Below, piece by piece: positions 1 through 10,504 of a stretch of DNA of 64,000 nucleotides (its first letter is position 1; each line of letters begins with the position of its first letter). The notes under the pieces were generated by a model. That model searched no databases and was not told the DNA's origin. It saw only the letters and a program-made list of their open reading frames with translations. This DNA is from an uncultured Candidatus Rokubacteria bacterium. Its GTDB lineage: Bacteria; Methylomirabilota; Methylomirabilia; Rokubacteriales; DASRDR01. The stretch covers positions 256,001 through 320,000 of the forward strand of contig CAVPSB010000014.1 in NCBI GenBank assembly GCA_963708025.1, in the 5' to 3' direction. The position numbers and the translations under genes were made by a program.

Positions 1-312
1 CTCGACCTCCTGCCGTCCCACGCGGGGGTCGTGAACCTGGGCCGCGGCCCGGTCATCGACAACGCGGCGCTGGCGGAAAAGCTGGAGCGGGGCGAGCTGG
101 CGGGCGCCGTCCTGGACGTCGTCGACGAGGAGCCGCTGCCGCCAGGCTCGCCGCTCTGGACGACGCCGAACCTGGTCATCACGCCGCACTGCGCGGTGGA
201 CGACGGCGTGCGCTACGTGGCGCGCTGCCTCGACCTCTTCTTCGACAACGCGCGACGCTACCTGGCCGGGCGGCCGCTCCGGAACCGCGTCGACCGCGCC
301 CGCGGCTACTGA
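1..312 (+). CDS. D-2-hydroxyacid dehydrogenase, 3' part (window edge)
   Basis: VNLGRG, GAVLDV-x2-EPL and ITPH motifs of the family. Confidence 0.85.
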   Translation, partial: LDLLPSHAGVVNLGRGPVIDNAALAEKLERGELAGAVLDVVDEEPLPPGSPLWTTPNLVITPHCAVDDGVRYVARCLDLFFDNARRYLAGRPLRNRVDRARGY

Positions 313-325
313 CGCGGACCTCCCG

Positions 326-1481
326 GTGACCACGCTTCCCGCCACCCTCGGCTGGCTCAACCCGACCCGGCTCGTCTACGGGGCCGGCGTGCTCGGCCGG
401 CTGCCCGAGCTGGCCGACGAGGTCGCCGGCGCGACGGCCCCGGTGTTCCTGGTCACGGGACGGAAGAGCCTCCGGGCGAGCGGCGCGCTCCAGCGCGTGC
501 TCGATGGCCTCGGCCCCGGGCGGGTCACGCTGTTCGACGACGTGCCCCCGTTCCCGTCGCCCGACGTCGCCGAGCGGGCGCTGGCCGCCCTGCGGGCGAG
601 CCGCGCCGGGCTGGTGGTCGGGATCGGCGGCGGCAGCGCCCTGGATGTGGCGAAGGCGGCGGCGATCCTGGCCACCCACGACGGTCGCGCGAGCGAGTTC
701 GCGATGGGGCAGGGGATCACCCCGACGCGGATGTTCGAGCGACCGGGGCTTCCCGTGATCGCCGTCGCCCACCACCTCGGGCAGCAGCAGCGAGGTGACG
801 CCGTTCGCCGCGCTGTGGGACATCGAGGCGAAGCGCTCGCTCCACCTGGCCAACCCGCGCCTCTTCCCGGCGGTCGCGCTGGTGGACCCGGAGCTGGCCC
901 TCGGGATGACGGCGGACCTGGCGGCGGTGACCGGGGCGGACGCCTTCACCAGCGCGTTCGAGTCGTACTGGTCACGCGAGGCCGGGCCGATCTCGGACGC
1001 GCTGAACCTGGAGGTGATCCGGCTCTACGCCGCCCACCTCGAGCACTCCTGCCGGGAGGCCGACCGGGAGGCGCGCGCCGCCTGCGCGCTGGCGGCCACG
1101 GTGTCGGGAATCGCCTACAGCAACAGCCGGCCCAACGTCTGCCACGCCGTGTCGAGCCCGCTGACCATCTTCTGGGGCGTCGCCCACGGCCAGGCGGTCG
1201 CCATCACCCTGCCGGCGTTCCTCCGCTGGAACGCACCGGCCATCGCCGACAAGCTCCCGGCACTCTGGCAAGCGCTGGGGGTGGCGGATCTCGACGCGGC
1301 AGCCGATCGTCTCACCCGCCTCCTCGACCGCTGCGGGCTCGCGACGCGCCTGGGCCAGCTCGGGCTCGGCGAGGGTGACGTCGAGACCCTGGTGACCCAC
1401 ATGCGCTGGGACCGCACCGCCGTCCTGCCCCGCCCGCTCGGCCGCGACGACGCCCGCACGCTCTTCCGCGCCCTGCTCTAG
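326..1481 (+). CDS. Iron-containing alcohol dehydrogenase family protein (frameshift near 770)
   Basis: GIGGGSALDVAKA in ORF 326; the continuation VDPEL...DAFTSAFESY...CHAVS...HGQA is in the ORF 795-1481 frame. Confidence 0.85.
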
Positions 1482-1530
1482 CGACACCCAGGGGTTTACC
1501 CCCCGGGTGTTTCCCCTCGCGAGTTTCCCC

Positions 1531-1559
1531 TTGACACGCCCCGAGCCTGCCGCTAGCTT
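1531..1559 (+). promoter_or_regulatory. sigma70-type promoter
   Basis: TTGACA-N17-TAGCTT upstream of the 1739 gene. Confidence 0.6.
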
Positions 1560-1738
1560 CATGCCACTCCCTCGACCGACACTGGCCCGGCGTCCCTGGC
1601 GGGAGGGCCCATGCCTACGGGACTGCCTCTCGGATCCAGTTCGTTCGACCGTGTGGCTCTTCTGGCTTACACGGCATCTCCATCGTCCGCTCCCAATTCT
1701 AGCCGTCCGGCAAAACCTCAAAGAGGGGGGATCCAGCG

Positions 1739-2239
1739 ATGAAACGGCCGACGCGCGACCAGCGTACGATGACGCTCTACGCCGCCCTCGTGGCGGGCCT
1801 CATGCTCATTGCGAGCTGCGGTGGTGGTGGTGGAGGCGGTGGCGGCGCCACGACGAGCACGTTGACGAACGCCCCGGTGGTGACGAACTTCCGGATCGTG
1901 GCCTTGACCGCCGAGAAGGCGAACACGGCGAACCGGTATCAGATCACGGCGACCGTGACCGATCCGAACAACGACCTGCTCGGCGGACAGGTCGAGGTGA
2001 ACGACGGCACGAAAACCCTGACGATTGCGATCAGTGCCGGCACCCTTCAGGGAAACACGGTCGGCGTCATCCTGTTCACGAACCCGGTTCCGGCAGGGAC
2101 GTACCAGCTGACCTTCACCGTTGTCGATGCCGCCGGGAATCGTTCGAACGTGATCACCTTCTCCCTCACGATCACCCCGGAGGCCGCTCATCCGAGCGGG
2201 AACGACGGGATCTTGCAACAGCTCCTACCGGCTCGCTGA
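1739..2239 (+). CDS. Lipoprotein with Gly linker and Ig-like beta-sandwich domain
   Basis: Lipobox-like LIAS-C, G9 linker, beta-rich domain ending FTVVDAAGNRSN; purine-rich SD. Confidence 0.75.
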   Translation: MKRPTRDQRTMTLYAALVAGLMLIASCGGGGGGGGGATTSTLTNAPVVTNFRIVALTAEKANTANRYQITATVTDPNNDLLGGQVEVNDGTKTLTIAISAGTLQGNTVGVILFTNPVPAGTYQLTFTVVDAAGNRSNVITFSLTITPEAAHPSGNDGILQQLLPAR

Positions 2240-2251
2240 CCCCGCCGTGAG

Positions 2252-2290
2252 CCCACCCCTCTCCCTCCCACCGGAAGGGAGAGGGGTGGG
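2252..2290. repeat. BoxC-like pyrimidine/purine palindrome between convergent genes
   Basis: 15-bp perfect inverted repeat cccacccctctccct / agggagaggggtggg. Confidence 0.75.
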
Positions 2291-2292
2291 GG

Positions 2293-3630
2293 CTATGCTT
2301 TCCCCGCCACGACGTCGCCGAGCGAGGCCTCGAAGAGGTCGAGCAGCTCGTCCGTCTCCGCCGCCGAGATCGTCAGCGGCGGCGCCAGGGCCACCATCCA
2401 GTGGCTGGCCCGGAGGAGGAGGCCCCGGCGCCGTGCGGCCTCGCGGACGCGGAGGCCGAACTGCTCCTCCACCGGGAAGCGCCGGCGGCTGGCCGCGTCC
2501 TCGACGAACTCGACCCCGATCAGGAGGCCCTCGCCCCGGACGTCGCCGATCACCGGGTAGCGCTGCTGGAGCTCGCGGAGGCGGGCCTGCGCCTGGGCCC
2601 CGCGGGCCTTGGCGTTCTCGACGACGCGCTCCTCGGCGATCTGGCGCATGGCGGCCAGGCCCACCGCGCAGGCCACCGGGTTCCCGCCGTAGGTGTGGCC
2701 GGCGTGGAACTGGACGCCCTCGGACGCCTTCCCGAAGAAGGTCTGCGCCACGCGGCCGGTCAGCACGTTGGCCGACAGCGGGGCGTAGCCGCCGCTCATC
2801 CCCTTGCCGAGGCAGAAGATGTCGGGCCAGGCGTTCCAGTGCTCGGCGGCGAACAGCGTGCCCGTCCGCCCGAAGCCGGTGATGATCTCGTCGTAGATCA
2901 GCAGGATGCCGTAGCGGTCGCAGAGCGCGCGGATCCGCGGCAGGTAGTCCGCCGGCGGGACCACGACGCCGGCCGACATCAGGATCGGCTCGGTGATGAA
3001 GGCGGCGATCGTCTCCGGCCCCTCCAGCTCGATGACTTCCTCGGCCAGCCGGGCGTAGGTCGCGCCGAGGCTCTCCGGCGACCCGGGGAACGGCGGCCGG
3101 TAGGGGTCGGGGGTGTGGAGGTGGATGAAGCCGGCCGGGAGCGGCTCGTAGGCGGCGCGCCAGCCCGGCCAGCCGCCGGCGGCCAGCGCGTGGCCGGTAC
3201 CGCCGTGGTAGGCGCGGTAGTGCGAGAGCACCTTGTAGCGCGTCGCGGCGCCGGTCTGCTTGTGGTACTGGCGGGCCATCTTGATGGCGGCCTCGGTCAC
3301 CTCGGAGCCGCCCGACAGGAGCTTCACCATGGTGTACTGCTTCGGCATCACGTCGAGCAGCGCCTTCACCAGCTCCAGCGCGCGGTCGCTGGTCCCGAGG
3401 GTCGGGATGGCGAGGGCCAGCCGCTCGTACTGGCGGGTGGCCGCCTCGGCCAGGGCCTTGTTGCCGTGGCCCAGGTTCACGCAGAAGGTGCCCGACAGCC
3501 CGTCGATGTAGCGCCGGCCGTCCACGTCGGTGATGTGGATCCCGCGCCCCTCGGTGATGATCAGCGGGTTCTCGGCGAAGTCCTTCATCGGCAGGAAGTC
3601 GACCATGATGTGCCGCGCCAGCTCTTTCAT
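2293..3630 (-). CDS. Class III PLP aminotransferase
   Basis: YIDGLSG, SGGSE, YHG, DEIITGFGRTG, LGKGMSGGYAP and HTYGGNP motifs; ATG 3630 preceded by GGAGG. Confidence 0.9.
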   Translation of the reverse strand: MKELARHIMVDFLPMKDFAENPLIITEGRGIHITDVDGRRYIDGLSGTFCVNLGHGNKALAEAATRQYERLALAIPTLGTSDRALELVKALLDVMPKQYTMVKLLSGGSEVTEAAIKMARQYHKQTGAATRYKVLSHYRAYHGGTGHALAAGGWPGWRAAYEPLPAGFIHLHTPDPYRPPFPGSPESLGATYARLAEEVIELEGPETIAAFITEPILMSAGVVVPPADYLPRIRALCDRYGILLIYDEIITGFGRTGTLFAAEHWNAWPDIFCLGKGMSGGYAPLSANVLTGRVAQTFFGKASEGVQFHAGHTYGGNPVACAVGLAAMRQIAEERVVENAKARGAQAQARLRELQQRYPVIGDVRGEGLLIGVEFVEDAASRRRFPVEEQFGLRVREAARRRGLLLRASHWMVALAPPLTISAAETDELLDLFEASLGDVVAGKA

Positions 3631-3769
3631 CGGGCCTCCCCCGGCTTGTTGAGGCGTCGCGCCACTGCTATAGTTGGGCGTCTGTTGCGCGGACGCACGA
3701 TGCCCCGGAAGTGTGGCCAGCGTAGCACACTTGGCGAAGTCTGAAATCCGGGTTCTCGCGAGGAGGATC

Positions 3770-5384
3770 ATGAGGATCATCATCAAGCGCGCGCTCGCAT
3801 GTGTCGGCCTCGTTCTGGTGGTGCTGGTGATCGGCGGGGTCTTCCAGCCGGTGACCGGACAGCCGGCCGGCGGTGGGAAGACCCTCATCATGGCGCTCGA
3901 ACAGTCGGACGTGAAGACGCTCGACCCGGGCCGGGAGTTCGAGTACGGGGCGGCGTTCGTTTGCCTCAACGCCTACGACACCCTCGTCGCCCACAAGAGC
4001 CCGAAAGACCTCAACACCTTCGTGCCGGTGCTGGCGACCGAGTGGAAGGTCTCGTCGGACGGCAAGGAGTACACGTTCAAGCTCCGGCCGAACGTCAAGC
4101 ACGCGAGCGGCAACCCGTTCACGGCCGAGGACGTGAAGTTCAGTCTGACCCGCCTCAAGACCCTCAAGGGCAACCCGGGCTGGATGATGGATCCGCTCAA
4201 GGAGGTCGTCGTCGTCGACCCGATGACGGTCAAGACCGTCCTCAACGAATCGTTCGCCGACTGGCTGCCGGTGCTCGCGGGCCCGAACTCGGCCATCATG
4301 GACTCGAAGCTCGCCAGGGAGCACGGCGCCAGCGACTCGCCGACCGCGGACAAGGACGACAAGGCCGAGGAATGGCTGAACCAGAACTCGGCGGGCGGTG
4401 GCCCGTTCATCCTCCGGGGCTGGCAGAAGAACAACGTCATCACCATGGAGCGGAACCCCAACTACTGGAAGGGCCCGGCCAAGATCGCGAAGATCGAGAT
4501 CCGTGACGTGCCGTCGCCGGCCACCCAGAAGCTCATGGTCGAGAACGGCGACGTCGACGTGGCCGTCAACATCACGCCGGACCTCACCGCCGCCATGCGC
4601 AGCAACAAGAACGTCAAGGTCCAGATCGGGCAATCGCTCGACAACATGTACATGGGGCTGACGGTGGATCCGGCGCTCCACCCGGAGCTGGCCAAGAAGG
4701 AGGTCCGCCAGGCCATCCGCCACGCGGTCGACCGCGACGGGATCATCAAGCTCACCAACGGCCGCGCGGTCATCGGCCCCGCCGTCTATCCCGATCGGCG
4801 TCCTCGGCCTCGAGACCCAGGCCGACGCCGACCGGCTGAACCCCAAGAACGACCTGAAGCTGGCCAAGGAGCTGCTGGCGAAGGCCGGGGTGCCGAACGG
4901 CTTCAAGTTCCCCCTCAAGTACGGCACCGGCGCCTCGCCGGCCGGCATCACCTACGAGTCGATCGCCCAGAAGATCCAGTCCGACCTGAAGAAGGTCGGG
5001 ATCGAGGTCCAGCTGGTCCCGGTGGAGTTCTCGGTGATGATGACGGCGTACCGGGCCAAGGGCGAGATCGCGGTCATCTCCTACAACCAGCCGGACTACA
5101 TCGGGGCCAGCGACTTCACGGGCCAGATGATCCTCCACACCTGGGCGCCGCGGCTCCGCTTTGACGATCCGAAGGCCAAGGAGATGGCGAAGAAGGCCGA
5201 TGCGGAGCTCGACCAGAAGCGACGGTCGGCGATGTACAAGGAGCTCCTCGCCTACATGGTCGAGAACGGCCCCTACGTCAACCTGGTCCAGGGCAAGGCC
5301 GAGGTCGTCGTGCGGCCGAACATCGAGGGGTACGAGTACTTGCCCCTGGGAGCCGCGCGCATCTACCCGGTCGTCAAGAACTAG
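3770..5384 (+). CDS. ABC peptide/nickel-type substrate-binding protein (frameshift near 4790)
   Basis: TLDP, LATEWKVS-DGKEYTFKLR, GGGPF and VRQAIRHAVDR; C-terminal part in ORF 4890-5384; AGGAGG SD. Confidence 0.88.
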
Positions 5385-5396
5385 CGTTCCAGTCCG

Positions 5397-5493
5397 CTCC
5401 CTCTTTCTACCAGGGCGAGGATCGAGGTGAGGGTTTGCAGCGCCGCGTGGTCTGTCCCTCACCCTGACCCTGTCCCCCGGCAGGGGAGAGGGA
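5397..5493. repeat. Two inverted BoxC-like elements
   Basis: ctccctct...gaggtgaggg (5397-5433) and ccctcaccctgaccctgtccc...gggagaggga (5456-5493). Confidence 0.7.
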
Positions 5494-5512
5494 AGTGCGA
5501 CGTCAAGGTTAG

Positions 5513-6526
5513 ATGGCTCAGTACGTTTCGCGGCGCCTCGGGCTCCTGCTGGTGTCGGTGCTCGGGGTGACCCTGATCTCGTTCCTCATCGCCCACGCCG
5601 TCCCCGCCGACCCGATCGTCTCGAACCTCGGCCAGCAGGCCTCCCAGCGGCCCGAGATCGTCAAGGCGTTCAAGGAGAAGTGGGGGCTGGACCGGCCGCT
5701 CCACATCCAGTACCTCGCGTTCCTCGGCAACCTCCTGCAAGGGGAAATGGGAACCTCCATCAACACGCGGCGGGCGATCACGAAGGACCTCGCTCACTTC
5801 CTGCCGGCGACGCTGGAGCTGGCGACCACGGCGGTGCTCTTCGCGCTTGCGGTCGGGGTGCCGCTCGGCGTGGTGGCGGCCATCCGGCGCGACGGCCCGG
5901 TGGATCACGTGGCGCGTCTGGTGTCGCTGATCGGCGTGTCGATTCCCATCTTCTGGCTGGCCACCGCCTCGCTCGTCCTGTTCTACGCCACGCTCCACTG
6001 GACGGTGGGGCCGGGGCGGCTCGGCCCCCAGATCGACTCGCCGCCGCAGCTGACCGGCTTCTTCACGATCGACGCGGCAGTGGCGGGCGAGTGGACCACG
6101 TTCCGGAGCGCGGTCTCGCACCTGGTCCTCCCCGGGCTGGTGCTGGCCAGCTCGGTCCTGGGGCTGGTGACGCGCGTCACGCGCTCGTCGATGCTGGACG
6201 CCCTGTCCCAGGATTACCTGCGCACGGCCCGCGCCAAGGGGATCCCGGAGGTGGGGGTCGTCGCCCGCCACGCCCTCCGCAACGCCCTGATCCCCACCGT
6301 GACCGTCCTCGGGCTGGCCTACGGCGGGCTCCTCTCGGGCGCCGTGATGACGGAGACGATCTTCGCCTGGCCCGGGCTCGGTCGCTACGCCTTCCAGTCG
6401 GCCGTCACCAACGACTTCCCGGCCATCATGGGCGTGACGTTCGTGATCGGTGTCATGTACACGCTCGTGAACCTCGCGGTCGACCTGCTCTACGGCTGGC
6501 TCGATCCCCAGATCCGGTACTCCTGA
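5513..6526 (+). CDS. ABC permease, DppB/OppB family
   Basis: EAA loop DYLRTARAKG, FAWPGLG, C-terminal LDPQIR. Confidence 0.92.
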   Translation: MAQYVSRRLGLLLVSVLGVTLISFLIAHAVPADPIVSNLGQQASQRPEIVKAFKEKWGLDRPLHIQYLAFLGNLLQGEMGTSINTRRAITKDLAHFLPATLELATTAVLFALAVGVPLGVVAAIRRDGPVDHVARLVSLIGVSIPIFWLATASLVLFYATLHWTVGPGRLGPQIDSPPQLTGFFTIDAAVAGEWTTFRSAVSHLVLPGLVLASSVLGLVTRVTRSSMLDALSQDYLRTARAKGIPEVGVVARHALRNALIPTVTVLGLAYGGLLSGAVMTETIFAWPGLGRYAFQSAVTNDFPAIMGVTFVIGVMYTLVNLAVDLLYGWLDPQIRYS

Positions 6527-6530
6527 CCCC

Positions 6531-7445
6531 ATGGCCACCATCTCGGCGACGTCCGCCACACGTGTGACCCGGAGCGCCTCCCGCGTCGTCGGCGAGGTGG
6601 CATCCCCGCGCAAGGCGGGCCAGGTCTGGCGCCAGCTCGTGCGGAAGCCGACGGCGGTCCTGGGTGCCCTCGTGGTCGTCGCGTGGGTGGCGGCGTCGGC
6701 GCTCGCGCCCACGATCGCCCCCTACGATCCCGTCGACCAGGACCTGGACATCCGGCTGGACGCGCCGTCGGTCGCGCACTGGCTCGGGGCCGACGGCCTC
6801 GGCCGTGACGTGCTGAGCCGGGTCCTGTACGGCGGGCGGGTGTCGCTGCCGGTGGCGGCCGTCGTCGTCGTGGTGGCGTCCATCTTCGGGACCCTGTACG
6901 GGGGACTCGCCGCTTACGTCGGGGGCTGGCCCGACGAGGCGGCGATGCGCGTGGTGGACATGGTGCTGGCCTTCCCGTCGCTGATCCTGGCGATGGCGAT
7001 CGCGGCCGCCCTCGGCCCCAGCATCCAGAACTCCATGTTCGCCCTGCTGGTCGTGTGGTGGCCGCCCTACGCGCGGCTGGCCCGGGGCCAGGTGCTGGCG
7101 CTCAAGGAGCGGGACTTCGTCGCGGCCGCCCAGGCGCTCGGTCTCGGCCAGCGCCGCGTCCTCCTGCGCCACATCCTGCCGAACGCGGTCGCGCCCTCGC
7201 TGGTCCTCATGGCCATGGACGTCGGCAACGCCATCATCATCACGGCGGCGCTGTCGTTCCTGGGCCTCGGGGCCGTCCCGCCGACCCCCGAGTGGGGCGC
7301 CATGGTCTCCGAGGGGCGCGAGCTGGTGGACCAGTGGTGGATCTCGACCGCCCCGGGGGTCGCCATCCTGATGGTCGCCATCGGCTGCAACTTCGTCGGC
7401 GACGCCCTGCGGGACGCCATCGACCCTCGCCTGCGGGTGCGCTGA
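6531..7445 (+). CDS. ABC permease, DppC/OppC family
   Basis: HWLGADGLGRDVLSR, LSFLGLG, PEWGAMV, GDALRDAIDP. Confidence 0.92.
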   Translation: MATISATSATRVTRSASRVVGEVASPRKAGQVWRQLVRKPTAVLGALVVVAWVAASALAPTIAPYDPVDQDLDIRLDAPSVAHWLGADGLGRDVLSRVLYGGRVSLPVAAVVVVVASIFGTLYGGLAAYVGGWPDEAAMRVVDMVLAFPSLILAMAIAAALGPSIQNSMFALLVVWWPPYARLARGQVLALKERDFVAAAQALGLGQRRVLLRHILPNAVAPSLVLMAMDVGNAIIITAALSFLGLGAVPPTPEWGAMVSEGRELVDQWWISTAPGVAILMVAIGCNFVGDALRDAIDPRLRVR

Positions 7446-7449
7446 GCTC

Positions 7450-8256
7450 ATGGCGCAGCGTCTCGCGCTCCACACCTGGACCCTCGACACCACGCCGCTG
7501 GCCGAGGTGCTGCGCCTCGTGCGGGAGACCGGCTGGGACGCCGTCGAGCTGCGCCGGCTCGACTTCGCGCGGGCGGCCGCGGCCGGCCAGCCGGCGCCCG
7601 CCGTGCTCGACCTGGTGCGGGCCAGCGGGCTGCCCGTCGCCTGCGTCGGCGTCGAGCTCGGCTGGATGTACGCCGATGGCGCGGAGCGCCGGCGCCTGCT
7701 CGACGCCTTCGCCGAGTCCTGCCGCTGGGCGGCGGCCCTCGGGTGCCGGACGGTGATGAGCCCGGTGGACCGCGGGGCCGGCGATTTCCGGCGGGCGGTC
7801 GCCAGCGTCCGCGAGGTCGGCGATCTCGCCGCCGGGCAGGGGGTGACGCTCGCCCTCGAGTTCAACTCCCAGGTCGAGCAGTGGAACCGGCTGGAGGCGC
7901 TGCGCGAGCTGCTGGCCGCCGCCGATCACCCGCACGTCCGGCTGCTCCTCGACAGCTACCATCTCGAGCGGAGCGGGACGCCGCCGGCCGCGCTCGCGGG
8001 CGTGGCGCTGGAGGAGATCGGCTACGTGCAGTACAGCGACGTGCCGCGCCAGGGGCTCGAGCCGGGCAAGGCCACCGATCGCCTGCCCCCCGGCCAGGGG
8101 AGCGTGCCCTTCCCGGAGTTCTTCGCCGTGCTCGCCCGGAAGGGTTACACGGGCTACGCGAGCTACGAGGCGCCGAACCCGGCGGCCTGGGCCCGGCCGC
8201 CGGCCGAGGTCGCTCGCGAGGCGCTCCTGGCGACGCGGGCCTGCCTCCCGGTCTGA
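7450..8256 (+). CDS. Sugar phosphate isomerase/epimerase (TIM barrel)
   Basis: LALEF, LLLDSYH, RLPPGQG and GYASYE motifs. Confidence 0.82.
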   Translation: MAQRLALHTWTLDTTPLAEVLRLVRETGWDAVELRRLDFARAAAAGQPAPAVLDLVRASGLPVACVGVELGWMYADGAERRRLLDAFAESCRWAAALGCRTVMSPVDRGAGDFRRAVASVREVGDLAAGQGVTLALEFNSQVEQWNRLEALRELLAAADHPHVRLLLDSYHLERSGTPPAALAGVALEEIGYVQYSDVPRQGLEPGKATDRLPPGQGSVPFPEFFAVLARKGYTGYASYEAPNPAAWARPPAEVAREALLATRACLPV

Positions 8257-8275
8257 TTCTCGTCACCTCCCTCCT

Positions 8276-8319
8276 CCCCCCCCAGCCCCCCTCCCCCACC
8301 CACCGGGGGGAGGGGGGAG
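8276..8319. repeat. BoxC-like palindrome variant between convergent genes
   Basis: cccccagcccccctccccc...ggggggagggggg; near-copy at 35574. Confidence 0.65.
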
Positions 8320-8348
8320 CCGGAAGGATCGGGCTCCGTCGCTGGCGA

Positions 8349-10488
8349 TCAGTCGCGACGTAGCTCTTCGGAGCGGAGGGGGAGGCGGCGGACGCGCTTC
8401 CCGGTCGCCGCGAAGATGGCGTTGCACACCGCCGGGGCGATCGGCGGTACCCCCGGCTCGCCGACCCCGCCCGGGGCCTCCTGGCTCGGCACGATGTGCA
8501 CCTCGATGACCGGGCACCGCGTCGATCCGCAGCATCGGATAGTCGTGGAAGTTCGACTGCTGCACCCGGCCGTCCTTGATCGTGATCTCGCCCAGGAGCG
8601 CGGTCAGCCCCCACACGATGCCGCCCTCCATCTGGGCCCGGATCTGATCCGGGTTCACCGGGAGACCGCAGTCGATCGCGCACACCACCCGGTGGATCCG
8701 CAGGGTGCCGTTGCCGAAGACCGTGACCTCGGCCACCTCGGCCGCGTAGCTCCCGTAGGAGAAGGCCACCGCGATGCCGCGGTGGCGGCCGCGTGGGAGC
8801 GGCGTGCCCCAGCCGGCCCGGGCCGCCGCCAGCTCGAGGACGTTCTTGTGGCGGGGGGACGGCCCGAGGAGCCCCCGCCGGTACTCGAAGGGGTCCTTGC
8901 CGGCGGCGTGGGCCAGCTCGTCGACGAAGCTCTCGGTGACGAAGGCGTTCTGGGACGCCCCGACCGACCGCCAGAAGCCGACGGGGACGCCGAGGTCCTT
9001 GTGGCTCCACTCGACCAGCACGTTCGGGACCTCGTACGGGTGGTTCGCCGCGCCCTCGACCGCGGTGGGGTCGACCTGGCTCGCCGGCCGGCCGCGCACC
9101 ACGAAGAGCCCGGGGCCCACGAGGCGGTGCGACCAGGCCACCGGCCGGCCGTCGGGGCCGAGCGTCGCCCGGAGCACGTTGTAGGTGGACGGCCGGTAGA
9201 AATCGTGCTGGATGTCGTCCTCGCGTGACCAGATCACCTTGACCGGCACGCCCACCGCCTTGGCGGTCTCGACGGCGTCGGTGACGTAGTCGATCTCGCC
9301 ACGACGCCCGAAGCCGCCGCCGACGAAGGTGGTGTGGATCCGCACCTTCTCCCGGGGCAGCCCGGTGAGGCGCATCGCCTCCCGCTCGGCGCCCGTCTGG
9401 TTCTGGGTCGGCGCCCACACGTCGCAGCCGTCAGGGCGCACGTGGGCCGTGCAGTTCTGGGGCTCCATGGTCGCGTGGGCCAGGAACGGCACCTCGTACA
9501 CGGCCTCCAGCACCTTCGCCCGGGCGAGCGCCGCGGCGGCGTCGCCGTCCCGGCGGGCGACCAGTCCCGGCTGGCGGGCGGCATCCTGGTAGGCCTGGCG
9601 GATCCCCGCGCTGTCGAGCTTCGCGTTCGGCCCCTCGTTCCACCGGACGGCCAGGGCGTCGCGGCCCCGCTTGGCCGACCAGTAGCTGTCGGCCACCACC
9701 GCCACCCCCGAGCTGATCTGGACGACCCGCTGGACGCCCGGCACCGCGCGGGCGCGGGTCGCGTCGAAGCCGGCCACGGTGCCGCCGAACACCGGACAGC
9801 GCGCCACGGTGGCCACCCGTAGGCCCGGCACGGTCACGTCGATCCCGTAGACCGCGCGCCCGCTGACCTTGTCCGGCGTGTCGAGCCGCGGCACGCCCTT
9901 GCCGATCAGCGTCCACTGGTCCGGCGTCTTGAGCTTCGGGCTCTGCGGCACCGGCAGGCCGGCGGCCTTGTCGGCCAGCTCGCCGTAGGTCAGCCGCCGG
10001 CCGGTCGGGTCGTGGTGGACGGTGCCCTTGTCCGTGCGCAGCGCGCCGGCCGGAACGCCCCACTCCTTCGCCGCCGCCGCCACCAGCATCTCGCGCGCGG
10101 CGGCGCCCGCCCGGCGCCAGGTCGGCAGCATCCCGCGGATCGACTGGCTGCCGGCGGTGAGCTGCTGGCCACCGAAGTTGGGGTTCCCGAAGGCGGGATC
10201 GGCCCCCGACTGCTCGACCCGCACGCGGGACCAGTCGGCGTCCAGCTCGTCGGCGATGACCATCGCCATGGAGGTCAGCGTGCCCTGACCCAGCTCCGAC
10301 TGGGAGTTGACGATCGTCACCAGGCCGTCGGCGTCGATCCGGAGCCACACGCTGGGGCTGAAGACGGCGCCGGCGGCCCCGGCCGCCCGCGTCGTCGCCG
10401 GCAGCTCCCAGCCGATGGCGAGGCCGGCCGAGACCGCCGCCACGCCGCCCTTGAGAAGCGTCCGCCTGCTGAGACCCGGTTTCGCCAT
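8349..10488 (-). CDS. Xanthine dehydrogenase family molybdopterin-binding subunit, IorB-like (frameshift near 8515)
   Basis: Tat motif [32 protein letters not shown] and AQMEGG; the C-terminus GGVGEPGVP lies in a shifted frame. Confidence 0.88.
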
Positions 10489-10504
10489 CACACCCCTCCT
10501 CGCC

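Noticed and set aside
1560-1738. Riboswitch in the long leader of the lipoprotein gene
   Set aside because: One hairpin (ccgtgt...acacgg) and a GGCAAA are present, but no complete known aptamer consensus could be recognised.
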